Origin: Patescibacteria group bacterium
Lineage (GTDB): Bacteria > Patescibacteriota > Patescibacteriia > JAXHNJ01
NCBI GenBank assembly: GCA_041649715.1
Contig: JBAZMP010000001.1
Coordinates: forward strand, 18,741 to 82,740
Length of the DNA stretch: 64,000 nt
Direction of reading: 5' to 3'
Shown: one piece after another, positions 1 to 8,232 of the stretch
How the letters are laid out: every line of letters begins with the position of its first letter
Numbering within the stretch: position 1 is the first letter of the stretch
The notes under the pieces: generated by a model
The model's database searches: none
Seen by the model: the letters and a program-made list of their open reading frames with translations, nothing else
Told to the model about the DNA's origin: nothing
Translations under genes and position numbers: made by a program

Positions 1-38
1 AAATTAAACTTTTTATACTATAATGAATTGATAGCCAT

Positions 39-1058
39 ATGAAACTTTCTCTTTTTAATTATCATTTACCCAAGGAATCAATTGCCCAGAAGCCGGCCAA
101 ACCCCGTGAGAATTCGCGCTTGATGGTTCTAGAACGGAAAGAAAAGACGATCAGACATGATCATTTTTATAATCTGCCGAAATATCTGCGAAAAGGCGAT
201 GTTTTGGTATTCAACGATTCCAAGGTTTTTCCGGCTCGCCTGCCCGCCAGAAAAAAAACCGGCGGCAGGCTGGAAGTTTTTCTTTTAAGACCGGAGGGCA
301 AATATTGGGAGTGTTTAGTAGGAGGAAGAGTCAGACGGGAAGGAATGGAATTTTCCGTGGGGCCGAAACTATCAGGCAAAATCGTTAAAAAAATAGGGAA
401 AGGTGTCTGGCACGTAAAGTTCAATTTAAGCGGCAATAAGTTCTGGCAAGCCGTGAATAAATATGGTAAGGCCCCGACGCCGCCGTATATCAAAAGAACT
501 TCCGATTTAAAAGAATACCAAACGGTTTTTGCCAGAAATTTAGGCTCGGTGGCCGCGCCGACGGCCGGATTTCATTTTAGCAAAAAGTTAATCAAGAATT
601 TACGAAATTCAGGAATTAAGACCGAATTCGTCACCTTGCATGTGGGCTACGGCACTTTTCAGCCGGTAAAAGTGGAGGATATTACCAAACATAAGATGCA
701 CGAAGAGTTTTTAGAGATAAAAAAAGAAGTGATTCAGAAGTTATTTAAATATAAAAAAGAAGGCCGGCGGATTATCGCGGTGGGTACGACCTCGGCTCGG
801 GTTTTGGAAGGAATTATCGCAAAATATAAAAAGGCGCCGAATAAAGATATTCTCAGTCAAACAAATATTTTTATTTACCCTGGCCATAAATTCAAATTCA
901 TTGACGGTCTAATCACTAATTTTCATCTGCCGAAAAGCACGCTCTTGATGCTCGTCAGCGCTTTCGCCGGCTTGCCTTTTATTAAAAAAGCTTATCAAAA
1001 CGCGATCAGAAAAAAATACAGGTTTTATTCCTTCGGTGATGGAATGCTTATATTATAA
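39..1058 (+). CDS. queA: S-adenosylmethionine:tRNA ribosyltransferase-isomerase
   Basis: 339 aa. N-terminal LFNYHLPKESIAQKPAKPRENSRLMV and overall length/architecture match the QueA family. Confidence 0.8.
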   Translation: MKLSLFNYHLPKESIAQKPAKPRENSRLMVLERKEKTIRHDHFYNLPKYLRKGDVLVFNDSKVFPARLPARKKTGGRLEVFLLRPEGKYWECLVGGRVRREGMEFSVGPKLSGKIVKKIGKGVWHVKFNLSGNKFWQAVNKYGKAPTPPYIKRTSDLKEYQTVFARNLGSVAAPTAGFHFSKKLIKNLRNSGIKTEFVTLHVGYGTFQPVKVEDITKHKMHEEFLEIKKEVIQKLFKYKKEGRRIIAVGTTSARVLEGIIAKYKKAPNKDILSQTNIFIYPGHKFKFIDGLITNFHLPKSTLLMLVSAFAGLPFIKKAYQNAIRKKYRFYSFGDGMLIL

Positions 1059-1078
1059 TCATCATTTATAAATTGTCT

Positions 1079-1113
1079 TGACAAAATAAACAAGTTGATG
1101 AATAATGAGTTTA
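1079..1113 (+). promoter_or_regulatory. sigma70-type promoter (TTGACA, extended -10 TGATGAATAAT) upstream of small ORF
   Basis: TTGACA at 1079 followed by ~17 nt and an A/T-rich -10. AGGAGG RBS follows at 1137. Confidence 0.4.
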
Positions 1114-1149
1114 GTCTATTTATCTTCAAAAGTATAAGGAGGTGCAGAG

Positions 1150-1350
1150 ATGAAAGAGGCAGTTAGTATTCTCGCGACAGTCTTGTCTAGTAGCATAAAT
1201 ACAGATGATAAAATCGAGGCAATCAATAGTTTGGCGGATTATTTGCCGGATCACGATGCCGTACACGCCCTCGGAGTTGCCGCAGAGACAGCCACTGACG
1301 GTCGTGTAAGACAAGCCGCTATAAAGGCTCTTGGTGGTCGGACGACATAG
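1150..1350 (+). CDS. 66-aa microprotein, HEAT/PBS-lyase-like repeat (AxxALxxLGD-type)
   Basis: Strong RBS AAGGAGG 7 nt upstream of ATG. The antisense ORF 1126..1368 lacks an RBS. Repeat signature IEAINSLADYL...VRQAAIKALGG. Confidence 0.5.
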   Translation: MKEAVSILATVLSSSINTDDKIEAINSLADYLPDHDAVHALGVAAETATDGRVRQAAIKALGGRTT

Positions 1351-1427
1351 GCAATGCCAAAATCGCAAACCGCTCTGAAAAATGGGCGGTTTTACTCTTT
1401 CGGCGACGGGAGGCTGATTTTTTCTGT

Positions 1428-1456
1428 TTGACAGGTGTTTTGGCCTTTGTTAGAAT
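1428..1456 (+). promoter_or_regulatory. consensus promoter TTGACA-N17-TAGAAT
   Basis: TTGACA 1428-1433, 17-nt spacer, TAGAAT 1451-1456. No ORF with an RBS follows. Confidence 0.5.
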
Positions 1457-1463
1457 AATAAGG

Positions 1464-1624
1464 TTCTTTCTTGCGCAACGCTATCGCTTAATCGTTGTGT
1501 GTCGTTTTCTCACTTTCTCCGTTCTCGCTTTGGCGCTAGCGTTGCGCCTATTTCACGCGTGCGGCCGGGTTTTCCTCGTTTTTCGAAGAATGCGGTCTGA
1601 TCCATAACCCGGCCGCTTTTTTTA
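1464..1624 (+). ncRNA. candidate ~160-nt structured small RNA (unknown family) ending in intrinsic terminator
   Basis: Lies between a consensus promoter and the GC hairpin gcggccggg...cccggccgc followed by T7. A long-range helix pairs ttgcgcaacgctatcgc (1481-1497) with gcgctagcgttgcgc (1535-1549). No coding ORF. Confidence 0.3.
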
Positions 1625-1656
1625 TCCGGCAAGAAGTCGAATTATTAAGGGTATAT

Positions 1657-1685
1657 TTGACAAATAGGTATCATTTTTCTAAGAT
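1657..1685 (+). promoter_or_regulatory. consensus promoter TTGACA-N17-TAAGAT
   Basis: TTGACA 1657-1662, 17-nt spacer, TAAGAT 1680-1685. Confidence 0.45.
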
Positions 1686-1691
1686 GGATTC

Positions 1692-1797
1692 AATTGCTCT
1701 GGGCAAGGCCAGAGAGTGGGTCTTGCTAATATGCCTAGGCTGGGCTAGAGTGCTTTGGGATTCCCCTCCGTGGAGCACTCACCCAGCCGTTTTTTTA
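1692..1797 (+). ncRNA. candidate ~105-nt small RNA ending in terminator ggctgggct...cacccagcc-T7
   Basis: Promoter-to-terminator unit with no ORF. Contains the internal hairpin ctctgggcaaggccagagag and a terminal GC-rich stem followed by a poly-T tract. Confidence 0.3.
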
Positions 1798-1813
1798 TTA
1801 TCCTTTTAAGATC

Positions 1814-1845
1814 TTGACAAAATAACTTCTATGTCCTAATATAAT
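1814..1845 (+). promoter_or_regulatory. consensus promoter TTGACA ... TAATAT/TATAAT
   Basis: TTGACA 1814-1819. TAATAT lies 17 nt downstream, overlapping a perfect TATAAT. Confidence 0.45.
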
Positions 1846-1849
1846 ATTT

Positions 1850-2071
1850 CCGTTCATTCCGATATTTTTGGTAACCACCCAGCCGGGGGCAATCCCGTCT
1901 TCCCCTAGAAGATGAGCCGCTTAAATCGCCCCCAATAAGACTGTTGTCTTGGCTCCCCGCCGGACATAGAATTCGCCTCATGAATTCTGGCGCGTTACCT
2001 ACGAGGCGGCCATCCACACTGGTAATGAGTCCCTAAAAATCCTCATAAATCCAGCTGGCCGCCTTTTTTTT
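1850..2071 (+). ncRNA. candidate ~220-nt structured RNA ending in long terminator hairpin (ggcggcca..ctgg / ccagctggccgcc-T8)
   Basis: Promoter-to-terminator unit, GC-rich relative to its flanks. No ORF with an RBS. Antisense ORF 1829..2017 is judged spurious. Confidence 0.3.
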
Positions 2072-2093
2072 ATTAATATTTTTCTTTTCGCCC

Positions 2094-2121
2094 TTGACAA
2101 AAAATAAGGCGGGAGTATGAT
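2094..2121 (+). promoter_or_regulatory. promoter TTGACA-N16-TATGAT for metalloprotease gene
   Basis: TTGACA 2094-2099 and TATGAT 2116-2121 lie upstream of the 2235 CDS. Confidence 0.4.
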
Positions 2122-2234
2122 GGAAATAGACAAACTTTGGTGGCGCAAAAGCAATTTTGCGCTTTTTTGTATTTTGGCGAAATTGCCCCAACAATTAATA
2201 TACTAGTATATAAATACAAAGAAAGGGAAATAAT

Positions 2235-2780
2235 ATGAAAAAAGTTCTTTATTTTCCGCTCTTTTTTCTGATGGCGGCGTTTATTATCGGCGCGGACGCA
2301 AAAGAAGCCAGGGCCTTCAGTTACGCCGGCTATCGCTGGGGCGGCTCCTGGCCATATGTCACGGTGGATTATAGCCCGGTAGCGGTCAATGCTTGGCGGA
2401 ATATCATCGCCAATATGATGTCCGACTGGAATAATACCCGGGCGCGCTATATTTTTCAGGCGGGCTCCTCGAACAATAAAGTCACGGTGACTTGGCGGAA
2501 TAGCCACGCGATTGCCACGACTAGCATTTATCGCCAGTGGTGGGGCGGCGGGAATGTTTCGAAAGTCACGGTCGCCATCAACAGTTATCACGCGTTTTAT
2601 CCGGTTCAGGCTTCCGGATATGATTTGGCGACGGTCATGCGCCATGAATTCGGCCATTGGCTGGTTTTGAACCATACGAACCCGCCTAGTTTGATGCAGC
2701 CGAGTTTAAGCCCCCGAGAGGTCCAATATGTCGGATTGGACGACCGGAACGGAATAAGATATATTTATGGGACAAGATAA
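2235..2780 (+). CDS. secreted zinc metalloprotease (zincin/matrixin-like, HEFGHxxxxxH)
   Basis: 181 aa. N-terminal signal peptide MKKVLYFPLFFLMAAFIIGADA. HEFGHWLVLNH zinc-binding motif. RBS AAGGGAAA upstream. Confidence 0.7.
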   Translation: MKKVLYFPLFFLMAAFIIGADAKEARAFSYAGYRWGGSWPYVTVDYSPVAVNAWRNIIANMMSDWNNTRARYIFQAGSSNNKVTVTWRNSHAIATTSIYRQWWGGGNVSKVTVAINSYHAFYPVQASGYDLATVMRHEFGHWLVLNHTNPPSLMQPSLSPREVQYVGLDDRNGIRYIYGTR

Positions 2781-3333
2781 TCATATGACAGCCAAAAAAC
2801 AAGTTATCCGCGTAGTTATTATCGTCGTGGTTTTGGTCGCCGTTTTCTTCGGCGGCCGGGAATTGTATTATGCCAAGCATATCACCCGGCAGAGCCTGAT
2901 GGTAAAACTGACGGCCGAGGAATTGGTCAGGGATTCAAATATAATTATGCAGGGAACAGTGACAAAGTCTCTGGGAACAAAAAGGTACGCCGATGAAAAT
3001 GGCGAGATAATGGTGAGCACTCGCTGGCAGGTGAAAGTGGATAAACAGTACAAAGGAGAAAATTTTGGGACGGTTATCGTGCAAACGCCGGGTGGCCGCT
3101 ATGGTTTAACCGAGGTAATCGTGGAGGATGCCGCCGTTCTAACGCCAGAAGAAAAGGTGCTGTTGTATCTCAGTCAGGCAGAAGATGAAGGGGAATACCG
3201 GGTAGTGGGCGAATTGCAGGGAAAATTTGAAGTGTCCGAAGATACCGCCGGCAATGTCACTTTTATCCAGCAAGGCACCGATGAAATAAAGACTCCGGAT
3301 AAATTACAAACAGAAATTTCTGTCGTAGAATAA
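2767..3333 (+). CDS. membrane-anchored hypothetical protein (single N-terminal TM)
   Basis: 188 aa. Hydrophobic segment VIRVVIIVVVLVAVFFGG. Overlaps the upstream gene by 14 nt, which suggests operon coupling. Confidence 0.5.
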   Translation: MGQDNHMTAKKQVIRVVIIVVVLVAVFFGGRELYYAKHITRQSLMVKLTAEELVRDSNIIMQGTVTKSLGTKRYADENGEIMVSTRWQVKVDKQYKGENFGTVIVQTPGGRYGLTEVIVEDAAVLTPEEKVLLYLSQAEDEGEYRVVGELQGKFEVSEDTAGNVTFIQQGTDEIKTPDKLQTEISVVE

Positions 3334-3344
3334 ATAAGGAAATC

Positions 3345-3376
3345 AAAAAGGCCCTGATACAACCAGGCCTTTTTGG
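3345..3376. terminator. bidirectional intrinsic terminator (aaaaaggccctg...caggcctttttgg)
   Basis: Perfect GC stem flanked by A-run and T-run. Sits between convergent genes. Confidence 0.55.
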
Positions 3377-3395
3377 TATTTTTGTTTTTATATAA

Positions 3396-6119
3396 TTAGT
3401 TGAATCCGGCCACCGTTATCCCCCCGCGGAAACTGGAAGAAAAAGCCATAAAATTAGCAATGAAATTTCCAGCCATCCCAAAAATTTTCACTTCCGGGCC
3501 GATATAGCCGGTGCTGACCGAGGTGATAATTTCATTGATGCCGTCGTTATTAAAATCGCCTGACCCAAGGTTTAGCCCGCCGCGGAAAGCGTTACTGTAG
3601 ACCATAAATTGGTTTTTTACGTTTCCATCCCGGTCAAAGACTCTCACCTGTGGCCCGCCGGATGATTGCGGAGCGGCGATTATTTCGGCTGTTCCGTCAT
3701 TATCTATATCGCTAGCCGCGAGATTGACGCCGCCGCGAAAAGTGGCGGCAAAGGCGAAAAATTGGCTTAAGACCGTTCCGTCAGCCTCAAAGATTCTCAC
3801 CTGCGGCCCGCCGCCCGCTCCGGCGCCGGCGATAATCTCCGAGACACCGTCGCCATTCACATCGTCAGCGGCGACCTTTACGCCGCCGCGGAAAGTGGCG
3901 GCAAAGGCGAAAAATTGTTCTTTCAGATTTCCCTTATAATCAAAGATCCTGATGTGCGGCCCGCCGCCCGCTCCGGCGCCGGCGATAATTTCCACCTTGC
4001 CGTCCCCATCAACGTCGCCGGCGGCGATATTGACCTCGCCCCGGAAGGTGGTGGCGTAGGCAAAGAACTGGCTGACCAGTTGGCCGCCGCCCGTGAAAAT
4101 CCTCACCTGCGGCCCGCCGGACGATTTTGGCCCGGTAACTATTTCTTCCGCGCCGTCCTGATTGATATCGGCGGCCACGACATTTAGACCCCCGCGGAAA
4201 GTGGCGGCAAAGGCGAGGAATTCCCCCGTTAATTTATTTTCGGAATTAAAACCCCTAACGCGCGGCAATTCACCGGAACCTAAGCCGATCAGAATATTGT
4301 TTTTAGGATATGAATAAACCTCTCGGGTTATAGAAGTAACATGACCCGCCCTGTCTTCGACCGAATAAGTCAGGCTGTTTATTCCCTTGTTTAAAATGAG
4401 TTCTTCCGAAAAAGTCGCGGCCGTGGTTTCTTGAGCATGATCGTCAATAGATAAGCTGATCACTCCGGAGGTGGCGTCACTCATAGTTCCCTTCGAGACC
4501 AGGCTTGAAGCGTAAACCGTTTGATCGGCGAACGGCAGGCTGATTTGAAGGCTCGGGGCGGCCGTATCAACATAGATGTAAGCGCTCTTTTTCATCTCGT
4601 TATTGCTGATGATGTCCTTGGAATAATATTCTATTAAGTGTTGTCCGTCTGCCAGGGAAAAAGACTGCGAGTATAATTTCCAGCTACCGGAATTGATCCG
4701 GTAATAAGTCGCCGCCACCCCGTTGTTGTCGGTGGCGGAAAGAGTTATTCGAGGATAAGTGATAAAATAGCCGTTATCGCCGTCAGGCTCGGCTGGCTTT
4801 GTGGTCAGGGTGGTGGTCGGTGAATTTATATCGTTTTCCGCCAAAGCGAAAGCGCCCTCGATATCTAGCAAGCCATAGCCGAAAGTGGTGTCATAGCCGG
4901 CCAGCCCCAGGTCTTTGGCGCCGTTTAAAAGGGCGGCTTCGGTTTTTTCCGCCGTCAAGCCAGACGATAATAGCAGGGCGGCGGCGGCCGTGACATGGGG
5001 AGCCGCTTGGGAAGTGCCGTTGAGGCTGGCTTGCCGGAAACGAGAACAGGTCGGGGGATTGGTGCAGTATTCCGCCAAGATGTTTTCTCCCGGCGCCATC
5101 AGGTCCAGGCCGGCTCCGTAATTGGAAAAAGCGGATATTTCATCCGTTTGTTTGGTGGCGCCGACGGCGATCACTTCCGGGTAAGCGGCCGGGTAATATA
5201 TCCGGTCGTTGCTGTCGTTGCCGGTGGAGGCGACGATGATAAGGCCGGCGTTGACGGCGTCTTTTATGGCGGTATATAATATTTCAGAACTGGTTTCTCC
5301 GCCCAGGCTCATGTTGATGACGTCCGCGCCATTTTCCCGCGCATAATCAATCCCTTGGGCGACCACCGCGGCCGTGGTCGTAGAATCATGTTTTATGACC
5401 CGGACCGGCATAATTGAGATATTAAAGGCGATGCCCGCAATGGCGCGGTCATTGTCAGTGGAAGCGGCGATGATCTCCGCGATTGAAGTGCCGTGGCCGT
5501 CGTCGTCATTGGGGTGCTTGTCATTTTCCATAAAGTCATAGCCGGCGACAAAATTGGTGTTTTCCAGATCCGGGGCGCGAATAAAGGAACCGTAATTTTC
5601 ATAAGCCACGCCGGTATCCAGCACGGCCACCACAATACTCGAACTGCCGCCGTACAAAGGAGGAGTGGCGTCATAATCCCAGGCCAGGGCCGTATTTATT
5701 TTCGCCAAATTCCATTGCTGGCTGTAATAAGGGTCGTTTGGGGAAAAAGTGTTTATCTTCAAGATATAATTTAGTTCGGCATATTTGACGTATGGATTTT
5801 TTTCGTAGGTCGCCACCAACTCGGGAATATTCTTGTTTTCGTCAAAATTTAGCTGAAATGAACCATAAAGGCTGGATGTTTTTTTCTCGCTTAAGGGTTT
5901 GATTTTTATCACGCCTTGATTTTTGTTCAAAGCATCAAGAGAACTAAGGGAAAATATTCCCCGGTTACCTAGATTCTCCAAGGCGGCGGCCTGGTAGGTT
6001 TCTTTGAGTTTAAGAATGAGGGAGTTTTGCGGGTAATCTGACTGGTTCGCTTTTGCCCCATTAACAAAAAATGCCGATAGCAGGCAGCTGAAGGCAAAAA
6101 TTGCGAAAAATTTTTTCAT
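3396..6119 (-). CDS. secreted subtilisin-like serine protease (peptidase S8) with C-terminal 7x FG-GAP repeat region
   Basis: 907 aa. Signal peptide. Asp/His/Ser triad motifs VAVLDTGV, HGTSIAEI, GTSQAAPHVTAAAALL. Seven tandem FAxAxxFRGGxNVAxxDxxxDGxxEII repeats. Confidence 0.85.
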   Translation of the reverse strand: MKKFFAIFAFSCLLSAFFVNGAKANQSDYPQNSLILKLKETYQAAALENLGNRGIFSLSSLDALNKNQGVIKIKPLSEKKTSSLYGSFQLNFDENKNIPELVATYEKNPYVKYAELNYILKINTFSPNDPYYSQQWNLAKINTALAWDYDATPPLYGGSSSIVVAVLDTGVAYENYGSFIRAPDLENTNFVAGYDFMENDKHPNDDDGHGTSIAEIIAASTDNDRAIAGIAFNISIMPVRVIKHDSTTTAAVVAQGIDYARENGADVINMSLGGETSSEILYTAIKDAVNAGLIIVASTGNDSNDRIYYPAAYPEVIAVGATKQTDEISAFSNYGAGLDLMAPGENILAEYCTNPPTCSRFRQASLNGTSQAAPHVTAAAALLLSSGLTAEKTEAALLNGAKDLGLAGYDTTFGYGLLDIEGAFALAENDINSPTTTLTTKPAEPDGDNGYFITYPRITLSATDNNGVAATYYRINSGSWKLYSQSFSLADGQHLIEYYSKDIISNNEMKKSAYIYVDTAAPSLQISLPFADQTVYASSLVSKGTMSDATSGVISLSIDDHAQETTAATFSEELILNKGINSLTYSVEDRAGHVTSITREVYSYPKNNILIGLGSGELPRVRGFNSENKLTGEFLAFAATFRGGLNVVAADINQDGAEEIVTGPKSSGGPQVRIFTGGGQLVSQFFAYATTFRGEVNIAAGDVDGDGKVEIIAGAGAGGGPHIRIFDYKGNLKEQFFAFAATFRGGVKVAADDVNGDGVSEIIAGAGAGGGPQVRIFEADGTVLSQFFAFAATFRGGVNLAASDIDNDGTAEIIAAPQSSGGPQVRVFDRDGNVKNQFMVYSNAFRGGLNLGSGDFNNDGINEIITSVSTGYIGPEVKIFGMAGNFIANFMAFSSSFRGGITVAGFN

Positions 6120-6137
6120 GCCGTAATTATACCAGAT

Positions 6138-8051
6138 TTAGTAGATTTTTTTAATCTCCACGCCGGTGTAATAGTGTTTTAATATTTCCAGCCAGGTTTT
6201 ATTATCATTTTGCGCCATGGCTCTTGCTCCGGTGCCGGACAAACCGACGCCATGGCCCCACAAGGTCATCCCTTGGCAATAGGGATCACTGACCGAGACC
6301 AGCCAGGGCTTGGCGCTGCCGCCGAAGACCTCGGTCCAAGCGCGGGTGCGCCCGTCTGAGCGGGAAAAATAAGGGGTGATGACGACCGCATTTTGATAAG
6401 TGACCGCCTGACCCGCGGTTTGGAGGGCATAAGTCGTGATTTGGGGGGAGCGAATTTCCACGTTATATCCCCGGTAGATTTGATCATTGGCCGAGTCATC
6501 CAGGGTAAAGTTGTCGTCTTTGTGCTTGAGGCCGCCTGTATTTATGTGGTACAGGGCGTATGTCCGAGCGGCGGTGATAAGAGCCTTTATGTATTCTTTC
6601 GGCTGGTCGCCGGAAGTTTCGCCCAAGCCTCGCAGGTAGGCCTCTAAAGAAAGTTCGTTGATGACCCAAGTTTTGCGCGAAGAGGCGGAATAGCGGATTT
6701 CCAAACTCCCTCGGAATTTATTATCATTGATGGTTTTGTTCCATTCGGTCAGGTTTGACCAGGAAGTGATTTCAAAAACCGTTTCCGGATTGTCGGAGGT
6801 AAAACGGATATAATTACTCAATGATTTTGAATAGCCGGGCGCTTTGACCAGATACTGACCGGTGATAAATTCCACGGAAGATTCTTCGCCGTTTACCTTG
6901 GCTAAAATATTATTGGCGCCGTCTCTTAAGGCATAGGGGCTGTTCGCCCTGATCTTCACCGCGCCGGTGGCGTCATAAAGACCGATCCGGATATTTGGTT
7001 CGCCGGCCTTGTTAGTAATGTCCGGGGGAGTGTATGTTTCTTTTTCCGCCACGGTGATCGGAATGGTCACTTGCCCGCCGCTTATCCATTCTAAATTTTC
7101 CGCCACCAGGCCGAAGCTTTCCCGGTAGTTGCCTTCGGTCACCGGCGCTTGAAGTGCGAAGCGGAAACGGCCGATTTCTCCGGGCTTTACTTCGTTATTA
7201 AGCAGGACGGCCGGCCGGTAATAGACTGGCCAAAAGATATGTCTAAAAAGGCTTTGGCGGCCGGCGGGATTAGAAACGTTCATGGCGATGAAGTTCTCCC
7301 CGGTATTGTACCAGGTGGCGGTGCCCCGATTGCGGAAATCTACCTCAAAGGTCAAAGCCTTGCCTGGTTCTATCTTGATGGATGAAGCCGTTGCCCCGGC
7401 TAGTTCGGCTTTGTAGGGTTTTACCACTTCGATCGGAATCGAAAATTCACCGCCGGTTATCCATTCTAGATTTTCGGCCACGAGGGCGAAATTTTCCGTG
7501 TAATCGCCGGCCGTTGGCGGAGCGTTTAAGGCAAAAATAAAACGGCCGGTTTCTCCGGGTTTTACTTCGGGATTAGAGAGCCGGCAGGGCCGATAAAAAT
7601 ACTCCTTCCAATATGGATGCCGGAAAGGACTGACCCGGCCGGCGGGTAAGCTGACATTTAGGGCGATAAAATTATTTCCGGTATTATGCCAGGTTTTTGT
7701 TCCGGTATTTTTAAAATCCACCCAAAAAGTCAAGGATTTTCCCGGCTGCATGCGCAAAGAAGGGTAGGCCCTGTTAATCATTTTCGCCTGATAGTCCTCG
7801 GCGACGCTGGTGGTTTTGACCCCGAGAACAAGGCCGTTTTTCTGATAACCGGCTTGGATATATTCCGTGACAGAATTTATGGCATTTTCGGGCCTGATCT
7901 CTTCGGCGAGGGCCGTATTTCCAGCGATGATCTTTTCTTCGGCCAGACGCAGGCCGAAAGCGGCCAGGCTTACTATGGCGTACATAAAAAGGACGGGAAA
8001 AATGATTTCCCAGGGTTTTGCGGCGCTGAATTTTTGTTTTTGTTTTCCCAC
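6138..8051 (-). CDS. SpoIID/LytB-domain protein with two N-terminal Ig-like repeat modules
   Basis: 637 aa. C-terminal SpoIID signature (YFSRSDGRTRAW...HGVGLSGTGARAMAQ). N-terminal TM. Two ~110-aa repeats with WVDFKNTGTKTW...VKPGETGRF. Confidence 0.75.
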   Translation of the reverse strand: MGKQKQKFSAAKPWEIIFPVLFMYAIVSLAAFGLRLAEEKIIAGNTALAEEIRPENAINSVTEYIQAGYQKNGLVLGVKTTSVAEDYQAKMINRAYPSLRMQPGKSLTFWVDFKNTGTKTWHNTGNNFIALNVSLPAGRVSPFRHPYWKEYFYRPCRLSNPEVKPGETGRFIFALNAPPTAGDYTENFALVAENLEWITGGEFSIPIEVVKPYKAELAGATASSIKIEPGKALTFEVDFRNRGTATWYNTGENFIAMNVSNPAGRQSLFRHIFWPVYYRPAVLLNNEVKPGEIGRFRFALQAPVTEGNYRESFGLVAENLEWISGGQVTIPITVAEKETYTPPDITNKAGEPNIRIGLYDATGAVKIRANSPYALRDGANNILAKVNGEESSVEFITGQYLVKAPGYSKSLSNYIRFTSDNPETVFEITSWSNLTEWNKTINDNKFRGSLEIRYSASSRKTWVINELSLEAYLRGLGETSGDQPKEYIKALITAARTYALYHINTGGLKHKDDNFTLDDSANDQIYRGYNVEIRSPQITTYALQTAGQAVTYQNAVVITPYFSRSDGRTRAWTEVFGGSAKPWLVSVSDPYCQGMTLWGHGVGLSGTGARAMAQNDNKTWLEILKHYYTGVEIKKIY

Positions 8052-8232
8052 TTATTTTTTAGCGATTAAAAAAAGTGCCAAAAGCCTCTGACACTATCTT
8101 TATTCACCCGTGTTTTTGCTTTTTATTTTCTAATATCATTTTAGCACAAAAAACGGGAAAAGTCAAGATACTGATGATTGACCAAAGCGTCTTAAAATGT
8201 TAAATTATAAACACTAATTTTTTCTAAATTTT

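Noticed and set aside
1464-2071. Tried to assign the three small RNAs to tmRNA, RNase P RNA or SRP RNA
   Set aside because: They have no tmRNA 5' GGGGCUGAUUCUGGAUUCGAC-like start or tRNA-like 3' end. They have no RNase P P4 GGAAAGUCCGG / ACAGAACCCGGCUUA pair, and they are too short. They have no SRP GGAAGCAGCC-type domain IV. They are left as unknown sRNAs; a 6S-like identity for the first remains possible.
2073-2675. 200-aa minus-strand ORF opposite the zinc metalloprotease gene
   Set aside because: It overlaps the promoter and coding region of a gene with a signal peptide and HExxH motif. The minus frame shows no RBS or domain signature.
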